Shown: positions 1 through 14,557, numbered from the stretch's first letter. The stretch: DNA of 64,000 nt from Trichinella spiralis (GCF_000181795.1 NW_003526944.1:1392498-1456497), one strand, 5' to 3'. Made by a program: numbers and translations. Notes: generated from the letters alone by a model not told the origin.

Positions 1-2036
1 CAATGGCTTGCATGGAATGGGCATGAAAGACGGCGGTATTGGCACTAGCTTTATGCGTCCTTTCAAATCTGCTGGAGTGTAATTTCGGAATGTATCCAAA
101 CTTTCAATAATGGGCTGAAATTCAAAAATCATTTTGTATAATAAAAATCAATGAAATTTAATTTTATACACAAAATTAACTATCACTTTTTCCTCATCAA
201 CCAACGTTTTCATAGTTTCTTCTTTTTCTCCTTGTACTAAACAATGAGCGTGTGACTGATATTTACCCTTGTTGGCAGACATTAGCAATGCTTTCAATTG
301 CTCTTCGGACACCTGCATAATAAAATTATTTGTTCAACAACAATATCAGTAGAAGAGAACATATATATCATAATTATATCAGTTTTACATAAACGTTCTC
401 GTCACTTTTCCACGCAGCACTTTGTTTCAATTCATTTATATATTCTACGGTTCGCTGATACAAAGCCAATGCTTCAGGCCATTTCTTTTGTGAATAGAAA
501 ATCTCAGCTACGTGGAAACATCTACCAACAACATTGTCGTAAAGTTAATTTTAAAAGAAAATCATAATAATAATAATAATACCTAAGCGTTCTGAAGTAT
601 AACATCTGATCGGCAAAACACTGATCCAACTTGATCAACGGCAATTGTTGCAATTCAGCAAAATTCTTCAAAAAATACAATTAATATTTAAAAGAACAAC
701 AACAATCATAACATCCTTTTTTACCTGCAAAATGGAATCATACAAACGAATTAAATCTTGTGATTTTGCACCCTTCTTTTGCATAGCTTCGATCATCATG
801 TTATAACGATCGGTACTTTTTGTCAATCGCACGTACGTCAAATACAAATAAAGCAGATTAGCATTTGAAAATATTTCTTGCTTTTCGCCATCCTGAGCAC
901 GTTTTAATTTGAAATTCTACAATTTTTTTTCACAAATAACAAGGATAAAGTAGAATAAATAGGGGGAAAAAAATTCTCGTCAATACCTCGCCTTTAGCCT
1001 CTTCACGAACACTTTGAATAGCATCTCGACAGTCACTTAATAGTCGTTCATAAAGAGCAAGCTGAAATATAAGCATCAACAAATATCCCATGAAATAAAA
1101 AGAAGATAACGAAACATACTTTCCCATCATAATCGTTGGTTTCTTCTACTTGACGTTGAAAGTCACGCAAACTATTACAAAATGTGCAAACCCTAACGGG
1201 TTTGGCAAAATCCACTCGATGATTGCACCAAACAATTTCCGTTTCTGTAGAAATTGATTGCTTTTGACGGCATTCGGTCAACAAATTCTGTAAAATGTAA
1301 AAAATTATAAACAATAAATCAAAAAGGAAAGAAGAAAACTTTTGTACATCCAACTCGGAAAGCATCAAGCTTTCTGTTTCGTCGCTGATTTTCATTCGCA
1401 TCTGCATTAAATCTGCCAACGCAGTCGAGTCACCTATACTAAAGGCGCAGAATCGTAGATGGGGTGCCATTTCGTTGCACCTTTGCCGGTATAATTCGAC
1501 AAGTTGAGAAGATTTCGTCACAGACGACAAATTTTCATAAATCATTCTAAAAATTTATAAATAACTATAAAAAGTAATAAAAGAAAATTCTCAAACAAAA
1601 ACGCTGCTCATCAACTTTATGCAGCCAACAGTAATAGTTAAAGTTTAAAAATAAACATGTGGAATTTTATTTGAACGTTTCTTACTTTGAGGTGGTAAAA
1701 AATTCGTTGGCTTTAGTCCAGTTTTTCTGTTCAAATTCATAACAGCCTTGAAGCCAAGCTTTGTATGCTTGTGCTTCAAGTTTCGTAGCGGCGTCAACTA
1801 CTGAAGCATTTTTGGACAAAGTTTCCAACAAAACGCCATGATAGACCGCCTAACGAGAAAATTGATGCTAATTAAATTTAAACTGATTTCACTCTATTCA
1901 AAATTCTCGCCTTGACTACTCTATTCGTTGTTCTGTAGATGAAAACAAATTACGCTGAACTGTAACAAATTCATATTTACAATTCAGTACAGTAAAAGAA
2001 AAGAAAAATTTTGAAAAACCTTTTCCCACACAACCT

Positions 2037-2090
<54 letters not shown>

Positions 2091-2614
2091 GAAAAAATAG
2101 ATTTAATTTTCATAAAATGATTTACAAAAAGAAAGCAAAAAAAAACAAAAATGAATTTACTCGACGTAATTTTCGTAACATCTGAAAACGTTTTCTGTTG
2201 TCTGTCGTAGCTTCTTGTTTGAGCTGCATACCGTATGCCCAACATCGTTCGGCTTCAAACAATGGAATGGTAATATATCTAAAGTAAATAATTGTCACTG
2301 ATCTCAGTCAATGGCTGGCAAACTCGTATCACTTGGCATCAGTCAAATTTTCAGCAGAAAATTTTCGATATTGAAAAGTACGTGGTTTGTGAATGCACGT
2401 CACATTCATAGATTTTCGGACACGTTGTAGCTTTCTCGAACAGTACTGCCTAAACAAACATAAAAATCTCTCCCAACGATAAACAAATAAATTATCACCA
2501 AGTTCGTTACCTGTAACGGAGATAATCTCCATGGCGTAAACCATGCTGTTGTTGTGCTTCTTTTATAATTTGCAAAATGTGAACGGTAGGAATTGACGAG
2601 CAATCTTCGGCCAT
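1..2614 (-). CDS. SRP68: Signal recognition particle subunit SRP68 (multi-exon; 3' end runs off the window)
   Basis: Spliced translation from ATG at 2614 gives MAEDCSSIPTVHILQIIKEAQQQHGLRHGDYLRYR|QYCSRKLQRVRKS, later EAERCWAYGMQLKQE..RKRFQMLRKLRR|AVYH, LYRQRCNEMAPHLRFCAFSIGD and, at the window edge, PIPCKPL. All are hallmark SRP68 blocks. Confidence 0.95.
2038..2090. repeat. (TAT)n microsatellite, about 17 units, in an SRP68 intron
   Basis: Perfect tat-tat-tat run seen directly. Confidence 0.95.
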
Positions 2615-3722
2615 CCACTTCTAGATCTGAAAAACTCGAGCACACTAATGATTTGCTTACAGTATTATTTGATTTTCAAGTTTTACTGCAATTTTCATTT
2701 TTTGCATTTGCTGAAATTTTTAGCATTTTAAAAATGAGAAATAAATGCTTGAATCTACATTTACGTGACATTTATCATTTACTGTCGATAGAGGGAAGTG
2801 AAAGGTGATTTCATGTTTAGTTGCATATTTGATCTGCACCGTTAGATTGTTCAACAAAGAATTTTGGACCAACTGCTGCTCACTGTTGCTTAGTATGTTT
2901 CGCTACTTTCAATTTTGCATTTGCATTCCACCATTTGTTAGAATAAATAACCTGCTTCATTTGTTATTCTATTTTCAGGCAGATCTATGATGAAGAACCT
3001 CAAAGTTATTTTTAAAAGTAACAAAAAATCTTTTTAATAAAAAAAGAGGATACTTTAAAAATTCCATCCAAATATTCGTATTCTTTTTTTTTCTTTTGTA
3101 ACTCGAAGAACAATGTTACTTCAAGTTGAAAAGAAAAAAGAAATTTACCACAACAGAACTGCAACAATCAAACTTCAACTTAGTCGTCTCTCACTTGAAG
3201 CTCAGAATCATAAAAGCTTATGCTTGGATGTTCACGCGTTGTAGGCTTAGTATAAGAAAAAACTGATGAGTAAGTAAGAGAAAAATAAAATATACAATAT
3301 GCTTCCATCTACAAAAGATCAGACGTAGATTATTGTTCGGAAAATCAACAGTAAACTAAAGAAATTCAAGATTAAAAAAATTCATTGCAATGTAACATTT
3401 AATTGAAGACAAAATATGAACAAAATGACAGAATTTTGCTTTCGTAAGCTGAATTATTGCTGGTTGAATGCAATGCAACCAGAATTGAAAGCACAGAAAT
3501 TGTTTTCTATAAATCAGTATAATTGAAAGTGAAACTGATCGTGGTGTGAAAAAAAGTACGCGTAAAAGGGAGAAATATATTCTGTTAAATGGAGATTAAC
3601 TTTTAGAAAAAAAATTTCAGGAAGTAAGACAAAATGAATAAACCGTTACGTCCACACGCATACATATGCATGCAGCACATGGTAGACGCCTTTGGAGCAG
3701 CAGCACTCGACGCTGCACATCG

Positions 3723-6700
3723 TCAATGTTTGCTTGTCAAAGGATCCCATCGAACATTTTCATACAAGTTTAACAATTCCGGTGTCTGATTAATAATATT
3801 CATCAATTCAACTACAATCGGATGCTTTCCAGCTGTTGGCAAATTCTATTAATATAGAAGAAAATTTAAATATACCAAAGAAAAAAAAAACAAATTCCAA
3901 TGCAAATTGAATCATCGAACCTGAATAGCAATAACTGCGCGTAGTGCGGAGCGTTTCAATTCATCTTGCAATTCGTATTCTTGTTTCACGGAATTCGTTT
4001 TCAATTTCGTAAGGCATACTTGTTTCAACGGTTCCACAATATTAATCAATCGTTGCAAAAGTTCGTTGGGACAAAGTGTCGTCAACCTTATGACGATCAA
4101 AAATGTCAAAATTTTAATATCATAGTGATCCTGTAAAAAATAACTGTGAACTTTTAGTTGAAACTTTTTAACAAATGAAACAAACAAAAATTAACCTTGA
4201 GACCCTGGACGACGTGATTCAAAAATTCAAACACATCCAAACAGTCGAAGCAATTGTCCAACAACGTGTACATGCATTCAAAGGCTGCCTTTCTCAAGTG
4301 CAACCCATCGTCCATGACGTGTTTGAACGGACCCATGTCCACTTCACGAATCAATTCTTTCCGTACAGCAGTTTCGGAATATATAACTGGCAACAAATTT
4401 GACAACTGATCTCGCATCAGTTCGGGCTTGTTGTGAACAAAAGAGTTGAACGTCAAAAATGCGATTCGTCGTATATTCAAATCGGAATCTTTCAACATTT
4501 GAAAAAAGTCACCAATACAATCCTGCAAAATTATCATCATTAATCAGGTAAAGATGATAAATGAATGATTGGCCAAATTAGAATTTTCTTTTTGTATTAC
4601 TTTCAAATATTCGTCGATTCCAGGCATTTGATCGGTCAATGTATATTTAATTGAAGAAGTGAGCGTATTGCGAACGTTGGTATTTGTCGAATTGTTGAGA
4701 TTGGACCTCAGTTGAGGAAGTAAATTGGCCGGTTGCAAAAGGCACAGTTTGCCCAAACATTCAGCAATGACATTCCGTACACCTTCTTCGTTGCATTCTG
4801 CGTGATTCAGCAAAACTTTCCAAATAAATTCGACATACTGTTGGAGAGGTTCGGGCGATTTTGCATTGACAAAATGATTGATAATCTCGAGCAAGGACAG
4901 CATGAACAAATATTGCTGTTTTGTGGCCTGTTGGATTTGTTGAACGATAAATGGCAAGTAACGGGCCAAATTGCCAGTGCCCACTCGACCCAGCGCTTGT
5001 GAAGCCGCTTCTTTGACTCGTTCGTCGGGATTTTCGAACGCATTCATCACAATACCTTCCACGTTGAGGTCGTTCAAAGCTATTGAACACAGAGCGCCAA
5101 TTTCGCCCAACGTCAACAGTGCAAATTGTCTGGCTTGTTCATTAGCATCCGGACAGTTGTGGACGTCCAATTCGCGGCACAGTTCGGCAACAGTGGGTTT
5201 GATGGAGTCGGGTTGGATGAGAATCAACGCGGCGAAGCATTTGGCAAAGTTGTGGGGTCGAGGTTCGCCGGCAACGGGGGCCAGCAGCAGTTGCTTGAAT
5301 TCTTGGAAAGTGATCTTCTCCAATTTGCTGGCCTGTTGCCAGAATTGTTGAAAAAATATAATCAATTTGTTCAAATAGTGACCGCTGAGCAGCGGAGAGC
5401 GGAGCAAAGCGATCGCCGGATCGACAAAGCTGTGGTAATTGTCGAGAACCAATTCCGGGGCAATGGGCATGAGCCTGGTCAAATTGTCCGCGGCCAGAGT
5501 GGCCAGTTGCAAATCGCCCTGGCCGAGGAGTGGTGCCAGTTCCAGAACCAAATTTTGCACCATCGCCGAATGGTGTGAAGCCAGTTGGGTGGAATTGGAA
5601 CGTTGAAAAATCAATTCCAACAATTCCAACGAATCAACCCGCAGACTGCGTTGATTTTTACGCAAAAATGTGGTCAATTCGACAACCAAATCACAGACCA
5701 CTGATTGAAGTGATAAATTCAGGGGACTTTTCAGAACGACACTGAACGCCCTGACACCGACAAGCCGTGTTAGTTCATTTTTGATCCGGTCGAACAACAT
5801 CTGAAGACCCTCGTCCAAGCCATCTTGCAACAGACTGCCAAACGTTGCGATGTACAACGCGACGCACATGATCGACGGCTCTTTCACCTCACGGTCCAGG
5901 CAGGTATCTTTCAACTTGGCCAAAATGCAATTGTACAAATCGCGCATGTTGTCCAAATCCAATGCGGCCAAGTTGATTTCGCCGTCGCCGTTGCGTATCA
6001 AAGTCAACAATTTTTGGACCACTGCCAACGCTTCGGCCGAAACTTTGTAATAAGCATCTTGGATGCATTGTCTGAGCAGTGGTGCGATCACTGGAATCTG
6101 CAACGCGACCACGTCCAACGTTTGGGCAGTGATGGCGGATCTGAGGAAAATCAACGCGTCAATTTTCACCCCGCCGACGGTCTGCTTCTCGGACAATGTC
6201 GACCTGACGTTCAGCAACAACGAGCCGAGAAATGGAGCCAACACTTGCGGAGCCAAGGCCTGCAATTCACTGAGAACCGAAAATACAGCCTGCTTTGTTT
6301 TGTACGATTTTCCACCAAGATGACGTTGCAATGGTACAATCAGAGCCGGCATTTGGGATTCCAATGATCCAATGATTGTTTTCTGATCCTTCTCGGCGAT
6401 GGATTTCGACGAATATTGAAAATAAACACGGGTGCGTTTCAACAACGACAAAAGAACGTTGAACAAATCACAACGCACACTTTCTTCACGTTCCTTGAAT
6501 CTTGAATTTGAAATGCAAAAATAAAAAACAAAACCAAATGAACAAACAATATTCAATGGGGAATTGAAGAAAAATTAATAAATCGTACCGCTCGATGAGT
6601 CTGGGAATTATTGTTTGGTGAAATTCACAAATTCGATTACGACGAGTATTGACCGCCGCTTCCAAACACTTTGCCGCAGCACGACGCACTTTCCAAGACA

Positions 6701-8150
6701 TGTCGTCATCGTCTGAATATTCTTCGGCCGAAAGTTGACTGTCCAAGTCAACATCGTCGTCGTCAAGTTCCATCGACGCATCCTGCATCTCGTAGTCGTA
6801 CTGATAATTCGGATCGTAACCGACGTACATTATGGCCAATTTCAAAATTTCATCCACAACCGTTTCGTCGCATTGTTTCGAACAGAACAGCAACAGTTGT
6901 TCAAAAGCGGCAAAGCAGCTTTCGCGAATTTCGTCATCTTGCATCTCTTTGCAATAGTGAACAATAGCCGGCAACGCTTGGGACAAAAAAGTCCCCAACC
7001 TTGAGCCGGCCGACTTGCACACCGCCCCCGTGCAAGCGATGTAAGTGCGGTGATGGATCGACGACGATTCGTTCAACTTGGACAAACCGGCCAGCAAATG
7101 CTGGCCCAGATGCCCCAAAACCGCGTTGTCACAAATGCCAGACAAAGTCGAAAGAACCAATATTGCCCGTTTACGCACCGGAGCCCGGTCGAATTCCAAC
7201 AACGGCAACACTGTGCACTCGATTGCCGCGTAATGGTGACCAACAACCGACGGAAAACGTCCCAGCACCGAGTTCACCATATCCAAGCATTCCAGCAAAA
7301 CCGACATGTCCGCGTCGGCGGAACTCAAAATCGACAACAAAGCTGGCATTATTGCTTTCAAAACGGCGACAGTGACCGCACTTTCGGTAGGCGGAAGTTC
7401 GTTGATTATCGTTTTCAAAGCGCTCGAACTGACATCCCGTTTCTGACTGCTCTCACTGCGCAAATTGGCGCTCAATATGCAAGTCACATTTGCTGCCTAA
7501 ATTGTAAAAATAAATTCCTAATCAATTCGCTTTTTCTTCACTGTACTTTTCAAATTATTCTCAACAGTACCACATATATTCCTACTTTTCTGTAAAGTAC
7601 AGTAATCAACAGGTTCACACAATATTAATAATACTCAATTTATAATCATTGTATGTATTCATTGGACTGTGAAAACATTTTTCTCTTCAAACATGTATCA
7701 TAAATTTGATCATAATAAGACTGAAAAGAATTGAAACATAAATTACACTTCTAAAGATAAAATTCATTAGCATCACCTGAAAGCATGAAATTGTGCAATT
7801 TTCTATATTTATAATACATCACATTACTTTAGCTCACAAAATGAACAAATTTATAAAAATTCAATTATAAATTATTCAAAAATATTCAACAGTAACAGTA
7901 TTACTTGCGCATCTTTCACTTTTCGGATCAAAGGACCCATGCAGCGAACGGCTAAATTTTGAACTTCCGTATTCTTATCTTCGAGCAGCTTCAACAGCAT
8001 TTCAACCATTTTATTTTCGCTGTCCACATCTAGTGTTATTTCTTTTTGCAATTCGCGCATCAAATCGTTCGTAGCCATGAAACGGAAATCTTTGTCCGCA
8101 GAGTTCATGCGTTCCAGCAGATGAGCAATGTAATATGATACAGCTGACAT
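3723..8150 (-). CDS. CAND1: Cullin-associated NEDD8-dissociated protein 1 (HEAT repeats)
   Basis: [108 protein letters not shown]. Last exon ends ...WDPLTSKH* at 3723. Confidence 0.97.
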
Positions 8151-8744
8151 GTTGCAAAAATCCTGTTAAAATATTTATATTTTTTCAAAAAAATACAATT
8201 ATCAAACAACAACACAATGGCCAAAACATTCCTATAATAAACAAGCTGAAACAAAGTTGAAAAAAGCTTCAAAATAATAAATTCAACTGGTTATTATCTT
8301 CATGTAAACTTATTACGCTAAACTCTACTGACAAGATGAGAAGAAAGAACAATAAAATATGATAAGTATCAATAAGCATAAGCAAATCGAAACCAGTAAA
8401 AAACACGAAACTGTTGCGTTACCGTAAAGCCACAATATTACACAAAGTTAGAATTTTTAAACCTTCAAAATTAAGCAAAAAACAACACCGAACATTTTTA
8501 AGCAAAGCAGTGCAAAAGAACGATTACGCCAAAAGACCATAGTCATCAATTTTGTACCTGCATTTCGTAAACCAAGCCACTCAAAATATGCTAATTGATG
8601 TTAAAATATTTTTAAATTTAAACGAGTAATAACGTTCAACTTTGAATTGAAATTTAAAAAAACAATTAACCTTAAATAAAAATACTCAGAATTTAAAAAA
8701 TAAAAAACGAGAAATCTTCCCGCCTAAGCGAACTCTAATATGCT

Positions 8745-9473
8745 TTTGATTGGTTGATTCTGATTGGACTTTAGCGCCATCTGTTCTGATTCCGTCATTC
8801 TCTTGACCGCCGTGCTCTACTTTTGTCGTGCTAGATTTCACGCTGAAGAACCATTGTCTGATGTAATTTCAGTGTAATATCTATACTGATGATTTATAAA
8901 TTTATATTGTTTTCAATTTTAAAGTTTGTCTATGTCATTTGTCAAATAAATTTATTTACAGTTTATTAAATATTTTTTACACAAAGTAGAGCAGTAAAGC
9001 AATGAAAAAAACAAGGCAGATGAAAAACAATAGTAAAATTGAGATTCATTATTTATATTCGTCTACTACTGTAGACGAATTTTAAAAGTATTTGTTTATA
9101 AATACCTGTAACCATGAAATAGAAGATACAGATGCCAATCATCACCACACTGTTACAATTGTCCAGCTTGGCTTTCCTAAATGAAAATTTGTGAAATATT
9201 TTTATTTTCCTTTCAAATGTTGAAAAAATCATTTTTTACCAAGACATTCCAATGAAAAACTTGATGGAGAACAATTTGCGCGCGATTGTCAGTTTCATTT
9301 TCATAATTAACTAACGTTCTATTGTCAACATAAAAATAATTGTGTGATTGCTGGAAAACATCCTTGTCAGATTATGTTAATGTGAGACATTTAACAGACC
9401 GCCTGCCCTAGAACGGCAAGCACGAGGATGACCAAAAATGGTATAGACGACCAATCAGAATCAACCAATCAAA
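8745..9473. promoter_or_regulatory. Perfect 23-bp inverted repeat, each arm with two CCAAT boxes, in the divergent CAND1/clathrin light chain intergenic region
   Basis: TTTGATTGGTTGATTCTGATTGG at 8745-8767 and its exact reverse complement CCAATCAGAATCAACCAATCAAA at 9451-9473. The regulatory role is inferred. Confidence 0.6.
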
Positions 9474-10039
9474 GTGCGATGTTCATTAAAGCCCTAGGGT
9501 ATCTCCAATCGCAAACTTGTACTTTGTAATAATTTTTCCAAGCTATATAATTTATAATAAACTAAAATTTTAAAATATTAAGCACATATTTTTTTCTTAA
9601 CATAAATTGATTAACCATACTCCACAGGTACTTGCATTATCTAACGTTACACGAGTACAGTAGTACACTCAGGTATTCACCACGTACTTGACAGAGAATT
9701 ATGCTTTGTAATAAGTGTATTTTTGACTACATAGTATTTCAATAATAATCGCTTAATTTTGAGAAGTTCATTTATAAGGTATAACGTTTTCAAAATATTT
9801 GAATTATGCTCTATTAAAAATAAATGCTTAGTGAGTTTGAACTTTACTTTTATTTGATACTTAAGTGATGATGTGAAACAGTAAGTTAATACGAATTTAT
9901 TAATTTACCAGTTGTATGTCTTTTGGGAAAATATAAGTTGTTTCTTCAGGAGTGAAAATTAATTTTCAGAGTTTGATAGAGTTTTAAATTTTATTTTAGG
10001 CTAAAATTATTGATCATTTTTTTCCGATATTATATAAAT

Positions 10040-11053
10040 ATGGCTGAAGACGAAGCAGTCGCGGATTTTTTAGCGAGAGAAAAGGAAGCATTGGCAGGAC
10101 TTGATGATTTTGGTAAGCATATTTTGAAAAGTATACAGTTGAAAAAGAATAATGTAATGTGAGATGTATTGATTTAACTAATAACTTTGTTTACAACATT
10201 GTCACTGACGTTATGAACTGATCAATTTCTATTCACTGTTCATAATAGGAGTTATGTTTTGCTTTTTGTGTATTTTGTCTCAATTTTAAAACCAATTTTT
10301 CAGAAGAATTGCATTTAGTTGCTGCCACTGATTGTGATGATACAACAAAAAATGAAGAAAATCTTGCCGCGCCAATGACCAACGGTTTACCAGAGAATGA
10401 AATTTCACAAAACACTGCTAGCTCCACGCCAGCGGTGCTACCGGCACCTCAAGAATCTGAAAATATGATAAAATGGCGAGAAGAGCAGAAGGCTCGGCTA
10501 GCTGCTAAAGGTTTTTATTATATTTAATTGAGTATGATGATCATCCTGTAGCATGGTTTTTACAGATGAGAAAGAAGAAGAAGAGAAAGCCAAATGGAGA
10601 GAATTAGCAGAAACTGATTTGCAAGAATGGTATAAAAATAGGCAAGATCATATTGAAAAAGTCAAGAAGACTAACAGGTTAGTCTAAAAGCAGAATTTTA
10701 ATTCCATTCACCATTTGCCTATGTGCACTATGCCAAGACAGTTAAAGTGAACTAGTTATATTTTTCTCACATTGTATTATTATTAGTTTTGAATTGTTGT
10801 TTCAAACTTTGATATTTCTTTTATGAAAAAAATTGGTTGATGACTTATTATTATTATTAGAATGAATGATGCAGAATTTTTGAGTGGGCGTGACAGCGAA
10901 CAACCAGGACAAGAATGGGAACGTATTACCCATTTGTGCGATTTCAACCCAAAATCTTGTCGCAGTCAAAAAGACGTGAGCCGTATGCGATCTATGTTCC
11001 TTCAGCTGAAAGCTAATCCCAAACACAAATCAGAAAAAATAGTAAATTCATGA
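10040..11053 (+). CDS. CLTA: Clathrin light chain (4 coding exons)
   Basis: MAEDEAVADFLAREKEALAGLDDF; IKWREEQKARLAAK|DEKEEEEKAKWRELAETDLQEWY; PGQEWERITHLCDFNPKSCRSQKDVSRMRSMFLQLK. Confidence 0.95.
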
Positions 11054-11703
11054 ACGGTGAAGAACAACACAACTAAACTATATACATGGTGAACCCAATC
11101 TGTTTCTGATTGCACATTTCAGAGTTGTTACTATTGTATGGTTATCGAACACGTTGATTATTGATGAATTTTCACTCTTTATACAAATTTTGAAGGACGC
11201 TTTGTTATACTAGCAACCGATTATGTTTTTTTTCTTTTCATATAACAACTTCTGCGAAAGGCTTAATACAATAAAACGTGAAACAATTCTGAAAAATAAT
11301 CCATTACTGCCTAAATATATTGAAATAAAAGCTTATTTTACACAGGTTATTTGTTTGGAAAGTAAAGATTAAAAATCTGAATTTAATTATTTCGGCCAGA
11401 ATGTCAATAAATTTCAGGGCACGTTTTTAAATGAAATACACTTCCGTCGATAAGAATGCAATTTTGCCTTTTAAGCACCTATTGTAGAATACTTACATCT
11501 ACTAATTTCAAGTAGAGTATTCAATCAGATCAGATCTTTTTTGGACATCACTGGAATGACACACTTTCAGACATTTTGAAAACGTCCACTCAATGAGGAT
11601 ATGCACTTTTTGATTTGAAAAAACAATTGGCGAATACAGATGTAAATATTAACTTTTTTCTGAGCTGAAATTAATCACCGTCCTATTTTATTGGCATAAC
11701 TAT

Positions 11704-13730
11704 TTATTTGTAGCATAACATTTCTTTGCAAGCAATTACAATCCAACGACTTTGACGCTTGCTGATTGGAAAAAAGGTATGAAAAATTTTTCGGCACTTC
11801 GTGTAACCTTTTTCAGTCAAGATTGCCTCCAATCGGTGATACATATTTTCGTACAGAACCAAGTGTGTTGGTCGGATATTTCTCATTTCTAACTGGATCC
11901 AAATTTCTGGATATTTGTGGAATAGGTCACTTTCACTTGTATAATTGGTTATGTTATTCAAATTTGGTTCGCAAGTCAGAAAACGCATTTCCACTGGACG
12001 ATGGAGATGACTGTAAAACGGCGTACTGTGACATGGCATCAAAAACCAGATATTCATTTCAAGGTTGTGATTTTCTGAAGCTTCTCGGCGAAGCACGTCC
12101 ATTACAGTCAAAGTGCCTCGTTGATGAAGTAAACTTGTAAATAATGCCAGTGGAATATTTGTAATGGAAATGAATAAAATCATAAAAGCAAGATTTCGCT
12201 TGTTTCGAATCTGAGTCAAATAAAAACCACCATAAATTGACATCAACGGTATTAAAGGGAGAACAAATCGGAATTCTTTATGAGCAATAAAACTGAAAAT
12301 TGTATATAACTGCTATACATTTTTTAAAAAACAAAAAATCACTTACCTGTGGGCTATCACATAAAGTGCGCAAACATAAAGAATAATCAAGTTTGATGTA
12401 CACATTTTCACTCCTTTTGATATTGGTATTAATGATGTAAAAAATGTACTCGGAATGCCAACGGTAATATACCTAAAAATATTGTTTAAAAATGTTTTAA
12501 AACAATTTCATTTCACCAATGCCATGGATGGCTTCCAAAAAATGCACTTCCTCCTTGCCACATGTTAAAATGAATGAAGTTGATTATCGGAATCACAAAG
12601 TACCCATAGCATAAAAAATCTATCACACTAACGAAAAATACAGTTACGAGTCTAAAACAAAAAGTATTTTATCATTTGAAAACATTTTTACAACATTATT
12701 GTTTATAAAATTACTCACCCAACTAAGAATGAAATTAAAAATGACTTTACAAAGTCAAATCTGTATAAAAAATTTATCCAAAGTGGGACCCATATTAGTG
12801 CAGAAGTAGGTCGTATAAGTGTGACCAAAGTAAATACAATTGATGATACTACCAAATGATTCTTATTACTGGATGCCAATTGAAAACGGTGCTTATCCCA
12901 AATTGGCAAATAACTTAATCCAATAATGACCAATGCAAGTTCAACGCTATTCAACAATGTTCTTGGAACGCAATAAAATTGAAACCAATTGCACCAATAC
13001 AATAGCAGAGTCCATGAAGCGACTCTATCATCATAAAGCAACTGGACAAATTTAAACAGTCGCCAATCAGCAAAACATGATAATAGAAAAGTTAATAATT
13101 TAGGAGAATAAGTCTAGAAAAAGGTAAATTGAAAATTAATAAAGATTTTTTAAAAAATGTGCTTACAAAGCAAATTGTGTTGTCTAAACCAGCAAAAGCA
13201 ACCAATCTATAAAGAGATGCAAATATGCATGGATATAAATATGTTCGAAGCCCGTTCGTCCATTCCCAAGTAAGATAACCATAACTGAAAAAAGAAAGTT
13301 TTTGTATAATAGAGGAAACCAGATTAAAATATTTGACAGTGAAAAAATTACATTCATGTTGAAGAAAAGAACTGACTTCCCATAATTAGACAAATGTAAA
13401 CAAAGAAAACCAGTTCAAAAACGTTATTCAATGCCCTAATTGAACGGAATTAAGTCGTTATTAATATGGATTTCAGTTATTATTCGAGAATGCAACTTGC
13501 AAACCTAGGGGTTTAGTCAATGTAAAATATACACTTATAAAAAACTGTTCAGCTTTTATTTAGACCTTCATTTAAGAGAATACACAAAAGTACACATACC
13601 CAAATGCTAATTTGTGAGCAGGTTCCAAAGTTTGCCAGTATTCGTCAGGTACAAACCAAGTTTGAACAACAAAGCAATTTATCGTTCGATATGCGACAAT
13701 CCATTTGATGAGATAATTGTAAACGGTCAT
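11704..13730 (-). CDS. PIGB: GPI mannosyltransferase 3 (PIG-B, glycosyltransferase family 22)
   Basis: VQTWFVPDEYWQTLEPAHKLAFG, YLTWEW..GLRTYLYP, RTLLNSVE, IRPTSAL, HKEFRFVLP, LHQRGT, FLMPCHSTPFYSHLH, MRFLTCEP. Confidence 0.93.
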
Positions 13731-14557
13731 TTTGTGAAATAATTAAGATAACATTATATAGTGGGCTCGAAGTTTATTCAGGGAAAATTACACAAGTGAA
13801 CAATAATACAAATAACCAATGAAAAAACATGGAAAATTCAGACAAAAAACAGTAAGATAGAAATTGAATAACAAAAGTAGGCATAATAAAAGTATACTTT
13901 AAATCACAGAATTTTATTCAATATTCAATTATTTTCAAACTACAAATAAAACATGCTTTTCCATGTATTCTTCATTGTCATACTGTCATACTGTTTTATT
14001 GTCATAAATTAAATAATAAAACTAAAAATAATATAGTTTCAATGAATAAAAAATATTTACAAACATATTTTAATAATGATAAATGCTATGAATATATTTA
14101 TTTAATAAAATAAGTACGAAATTGCAAATTTGTTGTTTTGAACTGCAATAGAGTACAAGTAGAATAGTACAGTAGTAATTTTTTCATGACAAAACAAAAA
14201 ATATTTCATAATTTAGTAAATTTTTAAAATTAAAGTTTACTAATTTACATAATATTAGGAAGTTTTCAATATGTTACTGAATTGCAACTATACCTGCATT
14301 ACTTTAAAAAAAGGTTTTTTCAAGAGTAAAAAATACTACATTTATTATTTATTAAAATAAAAACATATTTCAATTATTTATTCGACAAAACTCAAATTTT
14401 TAAAGCTTTTATTCAGGCTAAATAAAAATTATTTACTGCCCTGATTTCAACCAAAGTAGTGATCGTCAAGTTTTATATTATTTACTGTATTGCTAAGTCA
14501 GCTAACAAGTTTCCGTGGCTAACTCGTGGCGATTGTATTTTTGCATTGTCTCACGAA

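Noticed and set aside
1916..2245. Poly-Asn ORF
   Set aside because: Artefact of the intronic (TAT)n microsatellite.
4733..7595. Many long + strand and alternate-frame ORFs over CAND1
   Set aside because: Antisense or frame shadows of GC-rich CAND1 exons, with no recognisable motifs.
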